Below, piece after piece: positions 29,515 to 40,010 of a stretch of DNA of 64,000 nucleotides. How positions within the stretch are numbered: the stretch's first letter is position 1; each line of letters starts with the position of its first letter. The position numbers were made by a program, and so were the translations under genes. The notes beneath the pieces were generated by a model that ran no database searches, was not told where the DNA came from, and worked only from the letters and a program-made list of their open reading frames with translations. The DNA lies in IMG/VR virus record IMGVR_UViG_3300047159_000049, one strand, 5' to 3'. Source of the DNA: a virus. Lineage: Duplodnaviria; Heunggongvirae; Uroviricota; Caudoviricetes.

Positions 29515-30759
29515 ATGCCAATCAAAGTCAACGGAATCAATTTCAAGAACATCAAAACCAAGGATGACGACAGCAAGTCATCCGACGATGATGAGACATC
29601 GAAGAAGATCGATAAGCTCGCCGGAGATCAAGAAGCCTTGAAGAAAGCCGCTCTCAGCGACGATCCGGTTCAGTCCTTGGCTGAGTCCCAGGCTGAGCAA
29701 AGCGGCAAGATCGACATCCCGGATCACAATCCGATCTTCGAAGCTCTTTTGGACAACCGCGGGCCGATCGATTCGTTCCCGATCAGATTCTCCAGCAGCG
29801 ATCTTTCGAAGACGGAAGCCGCCCTCGGAGACGTCCAGGAAGCGAAAGACAAGCTCGGCGTCCCGAGCCTTTCGATCGCCTGCCTTAATCTAGACGCCAT
29901 CGATTACGTCCATTGCGACCGATATGACGACGTCCTCGGGATGCTCTCGCAATATTGCGGGGTAAGCCTCCCGACCAAGGATTCGCCCGAGAAGCTTTCG
30001 GTCGCTCTCAAGAGCGTCAAAGACACCCATGGCCTGAAGAACGCGCGCAGCATCATCGACGATTATGACATCGCCACGCCGATCCTTCACACCGATTGCT
30101 TCGTGCTCATCATGGCGTCCGACAGCAAAGACGAAACGAACACCGAGGCCTATTTCGCTCTGTACATCAAGGACGGCGACGCCCATATGTACATCCCGTC
30201 GTTCGGCAACACGTTCGACGTCAGCGACGACGGAAACAGCCTCATGACCTATGACAGCACCCCTGGTGCCTTCGTCAGCATCCAATGCGACCAAGACGCC
30301 AACGAAGAGAAGTGGGTCTGCGTCGTTTCCGATCCTGAGAGAATGGCGGCCGAGCTCAATCTCGCCGTGCGCGAAACCCCGAATATTTACGGCAGAACTT
30401 TCGTCAGCGAGTTCGGCGATCCGCAGGCGCTCATGGTCTCCTCGAGCCTTGACAGCGACATGATCCGCGTAGGATCGATCGCCAGCAACGGCAGCAAGGA
30501 TGCCCAGCGTTTCCTCATCGGCAATGGCAGCTCAGACGGAGTGGCCGACGGAGACTATGACTTCGCCGTCACGCCGACAGAGCATTTCTCGAGCACGAAT
30601 ATGCGCGCTCTCAAAGCATGGATCGGCACGTTCAAAGACGCGTACTGCCTGTCGTTCGTCAAAGACGCCCCGATCGCGATGACCCCGTCTGGGGCGATCG
30701 TGGCCCAAGTCGATTTCGGGAATCTCTCCGAGCATATGGCGGAGTGGTTCATCATCTGA
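29515..30759 (+). CDS. hypothetical protein
   Basis: ATG after a GGAAGGAGG RBS. Confidence 0.5.
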   Translation: MPIKVNGINFKNIKTKDDDSKSSDDDETSKKIDKLAGDQEALKKAALSDDPVQSLAESQAEQSGKIDIPDHNPIFEALLDNRGPIDSFPIRFSSSDLSKTEAALGDVQEAKDKLGVPSLSIACLNLDAIDYVHCDRYDDVLGMLSQYCGVSLPTKDSPEKLSVALKSVKDTHGLKNARSIIDDYDIATPILHTDCFVLIMASDSKDETNTEAYFALYIKDGDAHMYIPSFGNTFDVSDDGNSLMTYDSTPGAFVSIQCDQDANEEKWVCVVSDPERMAAELNLAVRETPNIYGRTFVSEFGDPQALMVSSSLDSDMIRVGSIASNGSKDAQRFLIGNGSSDGVADGDYDFAVTPTEHFSSTNMRALKAWIGTFKDAYCLSFVKDAPIAMTPSGAIVAQVDFGNLSEHMAEWFII

Positions 30760-30855
30760 TAAAAGATCCGCTGAGACCAATCATCTCAGCGGATTTTATT
30801 TTCCAGTGAATAGGAGCAACTTGTCAATATCAGCAAATCAAGCAATGCTGTTACT

Positions 30856-31284
30856 TTGCGCGATGGAACCAGTTTCGCAATAAACGGAAAGTACTATCAC
30901 GATCCAAGCGTAGCCATGCAAGACATCGTCGATAAAATCATGAATTCGTCAGGATGCAGCTCCAAGGAAGCATTCACCGTAGTCGATGGAAACAAGACTC
31001 TAACCGGATTCATAGATGACTGCCTTGCCAATCCTACTACTTATGGCAGCCTTTATGACGAAGGAAACGAGGGCAAAGTTCAATTTGGCGAAAACATGTG
31101 CATCGAATGCGAGCACACCAGCGGCGGAGACAATTGCGTTGATGTCTGCGTACTTGACATGTCGGCGGCATCGAAAGCCAACATGGACGAATACACCTAT
31201 ATGGCCTATTGCGCTGGATCCGAATTCTATTTCTCTGATCCACGCAATGGAAAGATGTACGCATTAATCGTCAACGTCGATTGA
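30856..31284 (+). CDS. hypothetical Cys-rich protein
   Basis: ORF with uncertain start. Confidence 0.35.
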   Translation: MRDGTSFAINGKYYHDPSVAMQDIVDKIMNSSGCSSKEAFTVVDGNKTLTGFIDDCLANPTTYGSLYDEGNEGKVQFGENMCIECEHTSGGDNCVDVCVLDMSAASKANMDEYTYMAYCAGSEFYFSDPRNGKMYALIVNVD

Positions 31285-31361
31285 TGAAAGAAGACAACGA
31301 TGGCTGGGCCCGCAACGGCGAGTCAGCCGAATGAGCCATTGGCTCAAAGGAGTTTAAAATT

Positions 31362-32669
31362 ATGACAGCATTGATCTGCACGATCGTGTTCGGCGTCCTG
31401 TTATTGGTCGCCGGGCTGATCGCAGCCATTTATCTGTACAATCGTTCTAAAGAAGACGCCGAGGATTCCAGCGGCAACACGCTCGTGTCCATGGCCGAAG
31501 AGGAATACGCCAAGGTCTATCCCGGCAATCCCATCAAGACATACGGCAACAAATACACAGCCGATTTCGTCAAGTTCTACAAAGGATACAAGAATTCCGC
31601 CGCCGCCAAGAAGAACGCCCCGAAGGGAAATAAAAAATATTTCGGCCTCGCGTTCGTCTGGCTACTCATCGGGATCATCCCGCTCTGCAATTCGTTCACC
31701 AAGGTCGGCCCGAATGAGGTCGGCATCGTTTACGATGAGCTGAACGGAGGCATCCAGGACTGGACTTATGGCGAAGGATTCCATTCCAAGTCTATCTTCC
31801 AGCACGTCACGACGATCCCAACCACCAACGTCGTCGTTCATCTCGAGAGCAACGAGACGAAGAACGACAGCCTAACCTGCCAGACGATGGATGGCCAATA
31901 CGCCAGCCTTGAGATCAGCCTGATCTATCACATCACCAAAGACAACGCCCAGTCGTTCTATCGCATCACGCAAGCGAGCAAGATGCCGGAGGACGCGATC
32001 AAGTCGATCATCAAGAACGTGATGAAGGAAGTCACGCCCCAATACACCATCTTCGAGCTTCTTTCGACGAAGTTCAACGACGCCAACTCCCAATTCCAGA
32101 CGAAATTCATCGTCGCCATGAAAGAGCAATACTACGTCACCGTCACCAATGCGTCGCTTGACGACATCGACGCCGGATCCGAGATCGAGGCGATCCTGAA
32201 GAAGGAAGCCGAGGCGAAGAAGCAGATCGAGATCGCTCAGGAAGAGGCCCAGGCCGCCGGCATCAAAGCCGCGTCAGACGCCGCCGTCCAGAGAACGCTC
32301 GCCGACGCAGACGCCTATGCGACCACCGTCAAAGGCAAGGCCGCAGGAGACGCTTCCGCGGCTTACATCAAATCCGTTGAGTCGATGATCAACCGGCTGT
32401 ACTGCTCCGTCAACGGAGTGGCCGACGCCGACATCGTCGTCGACAAGGACGGCTACGTCACATCGTTCAAGCCGGTCGAATCGTCCAAGGAGACGCTCAC
32501 TTATTCCAAGTGCGCCAATCTTATCCTTGGCATCATCTTCTATGATACCTGGGACGGCAAGCTCCCGGAAGTTCTCACCTCCGATCAGCTCAGCGCCCTC
32601 ATCGGATCGCTTCTCGCCAACGGAGCGTCGAGCTCTTCGAGCACCAGCTCCAGCTCGGCAGGAGCCTGA
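31362..32669 (+). CDS. SPFH/band-7 (HflK/C-like) membrane protein
   Basis: N-terminal TM helix. KVGPNEVGIVYDELNGGIQDW...LEISLIYHI SPFH pattern. Confidence 0.6.
   Translation: MTALICTIVFGVLLLVAGLIAAIYLYNRSKEDAEDSSGNTLVSMAEEEYAKVYPGNPIKTYGNKYTADFVKFYKGYKNSAAAKKNAPKGNKKYFGLAFVWLLIGIIPLCNSFTKVGPNEVGIVYDELNGGIQDWTYGEGFHSKSIFQHVTTIPTTNVVVHLESNETKNDSLTCQTMDGQYASLEISLIYHITKDNAQSFYRITQASKMPEDAIKSIIKNVMKEVTPQYTIFELLSTKFNDANSQFQTKFIVAMKEQYYVTVTNASLDDIDAGSEIEAILKKEAEAKKQIEIAQEEAQAAGIKAASDAAVQRTLADADAYATTVKGKAAGDASAAYIKSVESMINRLYCSVNGVADADIVVDKDGYVTSFKPVESSKETLTYSKCANLILGIIFYDTWDGKLPEVLTSDQLSALIGSLLANGASSSSSTSSSSAGA
31625..31645 (+). repeat. AT-motif copy GGGAAATAAAAAATATTTCGG
   Basis: Intragenic (SPFH gene), encodes GNKKYFG. 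Confidence 0.6.
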
Positions 32670-32671
32670 TC

Positions 32672-32992
32672 ATGCGCAAGCGCATCTTAATGGCGGCGAT
32701 CCTGCTGCCGATGGCGCTGGCATTAGCCGGATGCACCGATGGAAACGCCAATACCGCCAATTGGGACTACCCGGCGGTATATGGCGCCCATTTCTACGAG
32801 CCGCTCAAGAGCGGAAGGAACGACGTCAACATCGTGTCTTACTCGATGCTCGGGTATCACGACAGCGTCGTTATCAAGATCGTCACCGAGGACGACGTTT
32901 ATCTCGTCAGCCCGACGCAGGTCCTGCTGTTCCACGAGACCTGCCCGCATTGCGGGACGACGTACAAGTCAGCCGCCACGGCTGACAGCTGA
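32672..32992 (+). CDS. lipoprotein
   Basis: Signal peptide with lipobox LALAGC. Confidence 0.55.
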   Translation: MRKRILMAAILLPMALALAGCTDGNANTANWDYPAVYGAHFYEPLKSGRNDVNIVSYSMLGYHDSVVIKIVTEDDVYLVSPTQVLLFHETCPHCGTTYKSAATADS

Positions 32993-33234
32993 TGCCTTCC
33001 GAAGGATTCGTCCCGGAGTATTACGTAAGCATGCTCCGGGGCGTTTACAGAAAAGGCCAGCACGTCATCTGCGATCGGATGGTGTCAAACGGCCCCGGCC
33101 GGATGATACCGAGCGGATTCGACGGGACGATCAGCTTCGTCAACGACGACGGGAGCCTGGCCGTTCTGTGGAACGACGGGTCATCGATCCCGCTCGATCC
33201 GCTGAGGGATGACTTCCATGTCGTCCCTTGGTGA
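32992..33234 (+). CDS. hypothetical protein
   Basis: ORF of 80 aa, start overlaps the upstream stop (TGATG). Confidence 0.4.
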   Translation: MPSEGFVPEYYVSMLRGVYRKGQHVICDRMVSNGPGRMIPSGFDGTISFVNDDGSLAVLWNDGSSIPLDPLRDDFHVVPW

Positions 33235-33251
33235 AAAATAAAATTATTCCA
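33232..33251 (+). repeat. AT-motif copy GTGAAAAATAAAATTATTCC
   Basis: Just upstream of the AGGAGGA RBS of the 33264 gene. Confidence 0.6.
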
Positions 33252-33263
33252 GGAGGACACAAC

Positions 33264-33731
33264 ATGCCCAGAAAAGCATTGACTGACTATGACGTCTCAT
33301 ACCGGTGCCTGCTCACGCTGGAAGCGGTTGTGCCGGCATTGAGCGCCAGCGAGGCGAAGTCGGCCATCAAGGCCGCGCTCAAGAAGAAGGACAAGCTCGA
33401 TCCGTTCCCCGACGATTCCGGCAAATTCCACGACAGCAACGACGCTTGGGCGTGGGAGTGCGGGACCGAGAGCGACGGATGGAACGTCATATCCTGCAAG
33501 GACGTCGGAAACGGCCGATACAAAGTCACGCTGCGAGAGTACGCGTATTACACCGTCCTCAGCGTGATGGCGTACGACTGGCAGGATGCCTGCGACACAG
33601 CGTCCGATCTGGCAGATCTGCCAGGCACGAACGCATGCGTCAAATCGCTGAAGATCTCCGGAGGCAAATCAGGGAAGTCGGTGTCGTACGTGCTAAGCGG
33701 CTCTGACTGGGAGATGCAACCGGAGGACTAA
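33264..33731 (+). CDS. hypothetical protein
   Basis: ATG after an AGGAGGA RBS. Confidence 0.5.
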   Translation: MPRKALTDYDVSYRCLLTLEAVVPALSASEAKSAIKAALKKKDKLDPFPDDSGKFHDSNDAWAWECGTESDGWNVISCKDVGNGRYKVTLREYAYYTVLSVMAYDWQDACDTASDLADLPGTNACVKSLKISGGKSGKSVSYVLSGSDWEMQPED

Positions 33732-33810
33732 TATCTTCTCATGCGCCATTGTCGTCTAAGCCAAAGCGGTGAAGAAGCGGTTGGTACGGTCATATCCGCC
33801 AATCGTTTTC

Positions 33811-33839
33811 TTGACTATCTCCCCGCCGTGGTTTATGAT
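33811..33839 (+). promoter_or_regulatory. sigma70-like promoter TTGACT-N17-TATGAT with about 190-nt leader upstream of nrdD
   Basis: Read directly. The leader contains a hairpin plus U-run at about 33880-33935. Confidence 0.5.
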
Positions 33840-34030
33840 GAGTCCGCGCAAAAGAAAGGAGCGCCTGAATGACAATATCATGCATGCGTTTCTTTTTTTG
33901 GGAAGGGCTTCTGGAAAATATTTTTTTTCGCATAAGAGGACGATTCTCGAAGAAGAAACCGTCTTGGATATAAACCGATCCGGCCCCGAACAAAGCATTA
34001 CACCATTTTTTAGAGGAAGGTTAACACCAC

Positions 34031-37000
34031 ATGGAAACAGCCGAGCTGAAAGTAGTCAAAAGAGACGATAGCGTCGAGGATTTCGATATCAAGAAGATCG
34101 AACGCGCCATTGCGCGCGCCTGCCAGGAGACCCATGACGCGGAAGGCGAGAAGAACGCCAGCATCGTCGCCGAGAAGGCCCTGGACGAGTTCTCCGGGAA
34201 AATAAAAAATAATTCCGTCGGGATCGAAGACATCCAGGACGGGGTCGAGCTCGCGCTCATCGACACGGGCCACAAGCAGACCGCTTTGGCATACGCCAGA
34301 TACCGCGAGAAGCACGCCCAGATGAGAAACGGGCTGAACTACGGGAAGCTCGTCGACGACTACCTCGGCCAGAACGACTGGCGCGTCAAGGAAAACGCAA
34401 CCGTCAACTTCTCGCTCGGAGGGCTCGTGCTCTCGAACAACGGAGCGGTCACTGCCAACTATTGGCTCAACGACATCTACGACAAGGAAATCGCCGACGC
34501 GCACAGAAACGCGGATCTTCACCTGCATGACCTTAGCTTATTGAACGGTTATTGCGCAGGCTGGTCGCTCAAGCAGTTGATCAACGAAGGCCTCGGCGGA
34601 GTCCCGGGCAAGATCGCGTCTACCCCGGCTAGCCATCTTTCGACTCTCTGCAACCAGATGGTCAATTTCTTGGGCTGCTTCACCGACGATACCAGAATCG
34701 TGTTCGCCGATGGGACTAATCACAGCATCCGCGAGATGCTCGATTCAGGAAAGACAGAATTCATGGTCAGGTCATTCGATCCCAACACCGGCAAATACGT
34801 CGCGTCGAAGATGGATAACTTGCATAAGACGAGAACCGTTAGTCAGCTCATTGAGCTCACGACCGAAGACGGCCATAAGATCAAATGCACTCTTGACCAT
34901 AAATTCTATACGCTTAACCGTGGATGGGTTGAGGCGCAGGATTTAACCGAAGACGACGACGTCCTTCAATACAACTCAAAGGTTATGTACGTGTACAAAT
35001 TCACTTGCAAAGACACCGGAGAGTGTATGAAAATCGTATCTAAGAGAATTATCAATCAGACATCCGATGTTTATTGCGGAACCGTCCATAACGATTTTCA
35101 CGCATTCTTCGTAACCGATTCGGAATCATCAGACACCAGTATCTGTGCGAGAAATTGCCTACAAAATGAATGGTCGGGTGCTCAGGCGTTCTCGAGCTTT
35201 GACACGTACCTGGCCCCGTTCGTCAAGAAGGACAATCTGTCATACAAAGAAGTTAAGCAAGCCATTCAGAGCTTCATCTTCGGTGTCAACACCCCGTCCA
35301 GATGGGGCTGTGTCGACACGGACACCGAAGTGCTGTCGACCGGTGGATGGAAGAAATACGATCAGCTTAAAAAAGGCGATGACATTTACGTTTGGGACAA
35401 TGGGACGCTGACGACCAAAAAGGTCAACGAAGTCGTCGTGAAACCGTACAAAGGCGAGATGCACCGCTATCTTGGAGCCGGATACGAGCAAACCGTCACA
35501 CCTGAGCACCGTATTCTTGTCAAAAAATTCAATTTGAACGAATACGAAATCAAACATTCGTCTGACATTTTCAGTGTCAAGACTTCTTATTACCTCCCAG
35601 CATCTTTTTCGGGCAACGATTTGCCTGAATGCGGGGCTGAGCGATGACGAGATAAAACTGGCGGCGATGGTCTATACCGATGGAAGCATAGACGTAAGAA
35701 ACGGATCGATTCACAAAATAACGATATACAAATCTCCGAAAAGGCCAGGAAACGCCGACATCGCAAATGTGGCAAATTCGCTTTCTCTAGCTTTTTCGCT
35801 TTGCGAAGTAAAAGGCGGGTTTGATACTCCAGTAAATAAATACGTCTTCTTCGGTGACTCAGCAAGAAAGATTTTCGAACTCGTTGGCGGAACCAAAAAA
35901 GCCATTGATGACAAGTTCGTCAAAATGAGCAGAAGGCAATCGGAGCTGTTCCTTAGAACGTGGTCGAGTTTCGACGGAGATTTCGAAAAATTCAAACTTC
36001 AGTACGACAATGACGAAATAGCGGACAGGCTTCAAGAAATAGCATTGAGAGCCGGATTTTTGAGTTTCAAGAAAAAGACGAGTAAAGCGAACTACGTCCG
36101 CGTTCATGACGTCAAAAACATCCAGCCAAAACATAGGGAAGCCATTCAATATGACGGTCTTGTATGGTGTCCGAACGACGACGCCGGAACAGCCATTTTC
36201 AGAAAGAACGGATGCGTTTTCATTTCAGGACAATGCCAAGCGCCATTCACGAACGTCACGCTCGACTGGGTCGTTCCTGACGATCTGAAGAACCTGCCTG
36301 CCGTTGTCGGAGGCAAGATGCAGGACTTCACGTATGGCGAATGCCAGAAAGAAGCCGACATGGTCAACAAGGCCTTCATCGAAACGATGATCGAAGGCGA
36401 TGCCAATGGGCGCGGCTTCCAATACCCGATTCCGACTTACTCCATCACCAAAGGCTTCGACTGGTCCGATACCGAGAACAACCGTTTGCTGTTTGAGATG
36501 GCGGCCAAATACGGCATCCCGTATTTCTCAAACTACATAAATAGTTCGATGAATCCTCAAGATTGCAGGAGTATGTGCCCTTTGACGTCAGACACCGAGA
36601 TTCTCGTCAAAAACTCGCGTGATGGAATCGTCGTCAGAAAGATAGGAACTCTTTATGATGGATACAATCTCAAGAAAACGAACTATCTTTTCTGGAATGG
36701 GCATAAATGGGTGTCAGGCCATCCGGTTCAGATGCCGATGACACCGGTTTTCAAAATCGTCCTTTCGAACGGAACGACCGTCAAAATGGGCGAAAACCAT
36801 CTTCAGCCGACAAAGGATAGAGGAACGTTGAAAGCGAGCGATCTCGAAGTCGGCGACTGGCTTCCTTTCAACAAGACCCCGATTGAGACGGAAAGGCTCG
36901 GTGATTCCGACCTCGGTTTTGCGATAGGTGCTTACGCAGGAGACGGAAGTCACGACGAAGGAGCAGTTGTTTATTCTCTTAATGTCGATGTCGATCAAGA

Positions 37001-39830
37001 CACGGTTTCGCGCCTCACGGCTTTCTGGAACAGAGTAGGCTATCCGGTGAAAACGACGGTTTCCGAAAAAGTGGAATATGTCAGAGTCGATAAGAACCCG
37101 TTCGCCATTGTGTCGGAATACATCGATGGCGATGCTTTGACGAAGAAGCTTTCCAATCGTTGTTTCAATGCTTCGAACGAATTCAAAGAAGGATTCATAT
37201 CGGGTTTGAGAGCCAGCGATGGGTCGAAGGAGAAAAAGAGGATATACACTTCATCGGAAACGATGAAAAACGATGTGATGAAACTTTTGGCATCCATGGG
37301 GCACAAAGCTTTGTCAAACTACGTCGACAACAGAGAAAGTCGCTTATCCGACAAGCCGAATTACAGAATTGACTTCCCGGATCGCGAGCGCTATGGCGAG
37401 CTTTTCGATCAAGACGATTCCTACAATTATTACAAGATAGTGTCGATAGAGAAAACCAATGACGCATCAAGTGATTTTCTTTACTGCTTGGAGATAGACA
37501 GCGACGATCATGTTTTCGCTTTGGCATCAGGTCTCATGACTCACAACTGTCGTCTTCGCCTCGATCTTCGCGAACTGCGCAAGCGCAACGGCGGGTTCTT
37601 CGGAGCCGGAGAATCCACTGGCAGTATCGGCGTCGTCACCATCAACATGCCGCGCATCGGCTACCTCGCCGCCGACAAAGACGACTTCTACGCCCGGCTC
37701 GACCACATGATGGACATCGCCGCCCGCTCGCTTGAGATCAAGCGCAAAACAATCACCGACCTCTATAACCGTGGCCTCTATCCGTACACCAAGCGCTATC
37801 TGGGCGAAACCGCGTTCAAGAACCATTTCTCGACGATCGGCCTCGTCGGCATGAACGAAGCCTGTCTCAACGCCAAATGGCTGAAAGACGACCTCACGCA
37901 CAAGGACGCCCAGGACTTCACCGTCGAGGTCCTCAATCACATGCGCAACCGGCTATCTGACTACCAAGTCCAGTATCCATCGACACTTTTCAACCTTGAA
38001 GCGACGCCGGCGGAGTCAACGTGCGTTTCAGGAGACACCAATGTTTGGACTGATAAAGGCCGTATGACCGTCAACGATATCATCGCCGATAAAAATAAAA
38101 ATATCGGCATCATGTCATTCAACGCCGAAACCAACTCAGTCGAGTTCAAGAAGCTCGTCGACTGCTGGAAGACGAAGAAAGACGCCGAAGTGATGAAGAT
38201 CACCTTCTCCAATGGCGACAGCGTCAAAGTCACGCCTAACCATAAGATGGCGAAGCGGTTCGTCACCGGATGCGGTCCCAGTCGCAAATGCTGGATCGAT
38301 TACGTCGAAGCCGGATCCTTAAAAGTCGGAGACAGATTATTCGCGTGCCATGTTTATACTAAGAATTCTAAAGCATATGGAGAAACGTATCGCAATGTCG
38401 AATGCGTACTTGGCAAAAATAAAGGATCTTTCCCGATGCATCGTCTTCTAGCTGAATATTACTATGGCAAGATCCCAGACGGATTCGTAGTCCATCATAA
38501 GGATTTCGACAAGACCAACAACGCCAAAGACAACCTTGAGATAATGTCGGATGCCGATCACCGCCGGCTGCATGAGCATGACGAAGGCCGTAATTTTGTA
38601 AGATGCGTAGACGGCTCCGCCAACCCATTCTTCGGCAAGCATCACACCGAAAAATCAAAAGAGCTTATTTCCGAGACGAAGAGGGAAACCAAAGACGAAT
38701 GGTATCCTAAGTTCCTTGAGAACATGGCATCCGAAGACACCCGCAGAAAGATGTCTGAAGGGAATAAGAAAAAGAGCTTCGAGCAGTATTCGAGATACAT
38801 GCCGGAATGCTCAACCGAAGCCATAATCGCTAAATGGAAGGAAAACAAGAGCATCGGCGAAATCGCCAAAGAGCTCGGAGAGCCTTACACTTACTCGCTC
38901 GTCAAATCGCGCCTGAAGCATGCCGGCCTGCTTCCAAACCATCAGATCGTCAAGATCGAATACCTCACCGAGAGGGAAGACGTCTACGATCTCGAAGTCG
39001 AAGGCAACCACAACTTCTTCATCAGCGGCGGCGTTGACGACGCGGTGCTGGTGCACAACTGCTTCCGCCTCGCCAAGCACGACAAGGAAATGTATCCCGA
39101 CATCATCACCGCCGGCAAATCCGGCGAGACGCCTTACTACACCAACAGCTCGCACCTCCCCGTCGGATACACCGACGACATGTTCAGCGCGCTTGACGTC
39201 GAGGACCGCTTCCAGACCCTATACACCTCCGGTACCGTCTTCCACGCCTTCCTCGGGCAGCGTCTGCCCGACTGGCATTCGTGCATGAGGCTCGTCCGCA
39301 AGATCGCGGAGAACTACAAGCTGCCGTACTTCACCATGTCGCCGACCTATTCCATCTGCCCCGACCACGGCTACATCGTCGGCGAGAAATGGAAGTGCCC
39401 GATCTGCGGCAAGGAGACCGAGGTCTACAGCCGCATCACCGGATACTACCGCCCGCTCAAGAACTGGAACGCCGGCAAGATGCAGGAGTTCCATGACCGC
39501 AAGGAATACGATTCCTCGAAAGAGGAAGTCCATGACGGATGCAACGCCTGCTCCCTGGAAAATAAAAATATTTCCGCCGAGGCGCCCAAAGTCGATCATC
39601 TGATGCTGTTCACCAACCCGACGTGCCCGAACTGCAAGATGGCGAAGATGCTGCTCGACAAAGCCGGGATCAAGTACGACAACATCGACGCGTCGACGCA
39701 TCTCGACCAGGTCAACGCGTTCGGCATCACCGCCGCCCCGACGATGATCGTCCCGGATGGGGCCTCGTTCGACGTCTACAGAAACGCCTCGGAGATCGCC
39801 GGATGGATAAAATCGCGCTCCAACGCGTGA
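34031..39830 (+). CDS. nrdD: anaerobic ribonucleotide reductase NrdD with ATP-cone, four inteins and a C-terminal glutaredoxin/NrdH-like domain; apparent +1 frameshift near 35.6 kb
   Basis: Extein strings NQMVNFLG / LQNEWSGAQAFSSFDTYLAPFV / NTPSRWG / QAPFTNVTLDW / RSM|CRLRLDLRELRKR / FNLEATPAEST|CFRLAKHD. Zn ribbon CPDHG...CPICG. Glycyl-radical RITGYYRP. CPNC redoxin domain at the C-terminus. Confidence 0.9.
34195..34215 (+). repeat. AT-motif copy GGGAAAATAAAAAATAATTCC
   Basis: Intragenic in the NrdD ATP-cone, encodes GKIKNNS. Confidence 0.7.
34676..35155 (+). mobile_element. intein 1 in NrdD (mini-intein, about 160 aa)
   Basis: Cys start after NFLG. Internal TVHN. Ends ...ICARN followed by Cys and the extein LQNEWSGAQAF. 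Confidence 0.6.
35309..36233 (+). mobile_element. intein 2 in NrdD (LAGLIDADG type; C-terminal boundary uncertain; contains the frameshift)
   Basis: Starts RWG|CVDTDTEV. LAAMVYTDGS motif. Extein resumes at CQAPFTNVTLDW. Confidence 0.55.
35574..35647 (+). other. frame change (+1) between two NrdD ORFs inside intein 2
   Basis: Two ORFs overlap here in different frames. The second frame carries the LAGLIDADG motif. A T5 run lies at about 35604-35608. Confidence 0.6.
36576..37547 (+). mobile_element. intein 3 in NrdD (double LAGLIDADG)
   Basis: RSM|CPLTSDTEILV ... LGFAIGAYAGDGS ... FISGLRASDGS ... LMTHN|CRLRLD. Confidence 0.8.
38022..39059 (+). mobile_element. intein 4 in NrdD (HNH endonuclease type)
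   Basis: AEST|CVSGDTNVW ... HHKDFDKTNNAKDNLEIMSDADHRRLH ... VLVHN|CFRLAKHD. Confidence 0.8.
38088..38108 (+). repeat. AT-motif weak variant
   Basis: Inside intein 4, encodes DKNKNIG. Confidence 0.3.
39557..39575 (+). repeat. AT-motif copy, palindromic GGAAAATAAAAATATTTCC
   Basis: At the junction of the NrdD core and the redoxin domain, encodes ENKNIS. Confidence 0.7.
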
Positions 39831-39839
39831 GGAATCGAT

Positions 39840-39971
39840 TATGAACGACCAAGACAAGCTGAAGTCGATGGGCCAGGAAGCGGAATCTCAGGATCCCACG
39901 ATCGACCCGCAGGAATTCGAGGACGCCATGGATCTGGCGATGAGCCCGGACCCCGAAGTCCAGAAAGACTG
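39840..39971 (+). CDS. small acidic protein (43 aa)
   Basis: ATG after GGAATCG. Ends before a strong terminator. Confidence 0.3.
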
Positions 39972-39976
39972 AAAGA

Positions 39977-40004
39977 AGAGCCATCCGTCGAGGATGGCTC
40001 TTTT
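39977..40004. terminator. bidirectional intrinsic terminator between convergent genes
   Basis: AGAGCCATCC-GTCG-AGGATGGCTCT plus TTTT. Confidence 0.65.
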
Positions 40005-40010
40005 CAATGG

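Noticed and set aside
33880-33935. Hairpin plus U-run inside the nrdD leader as a possible riboswitch (for example cobalamin or NrdR box)
   Set aside because: No recognisable B12-box or NrdR-box. Noted only as a possible attenuator.
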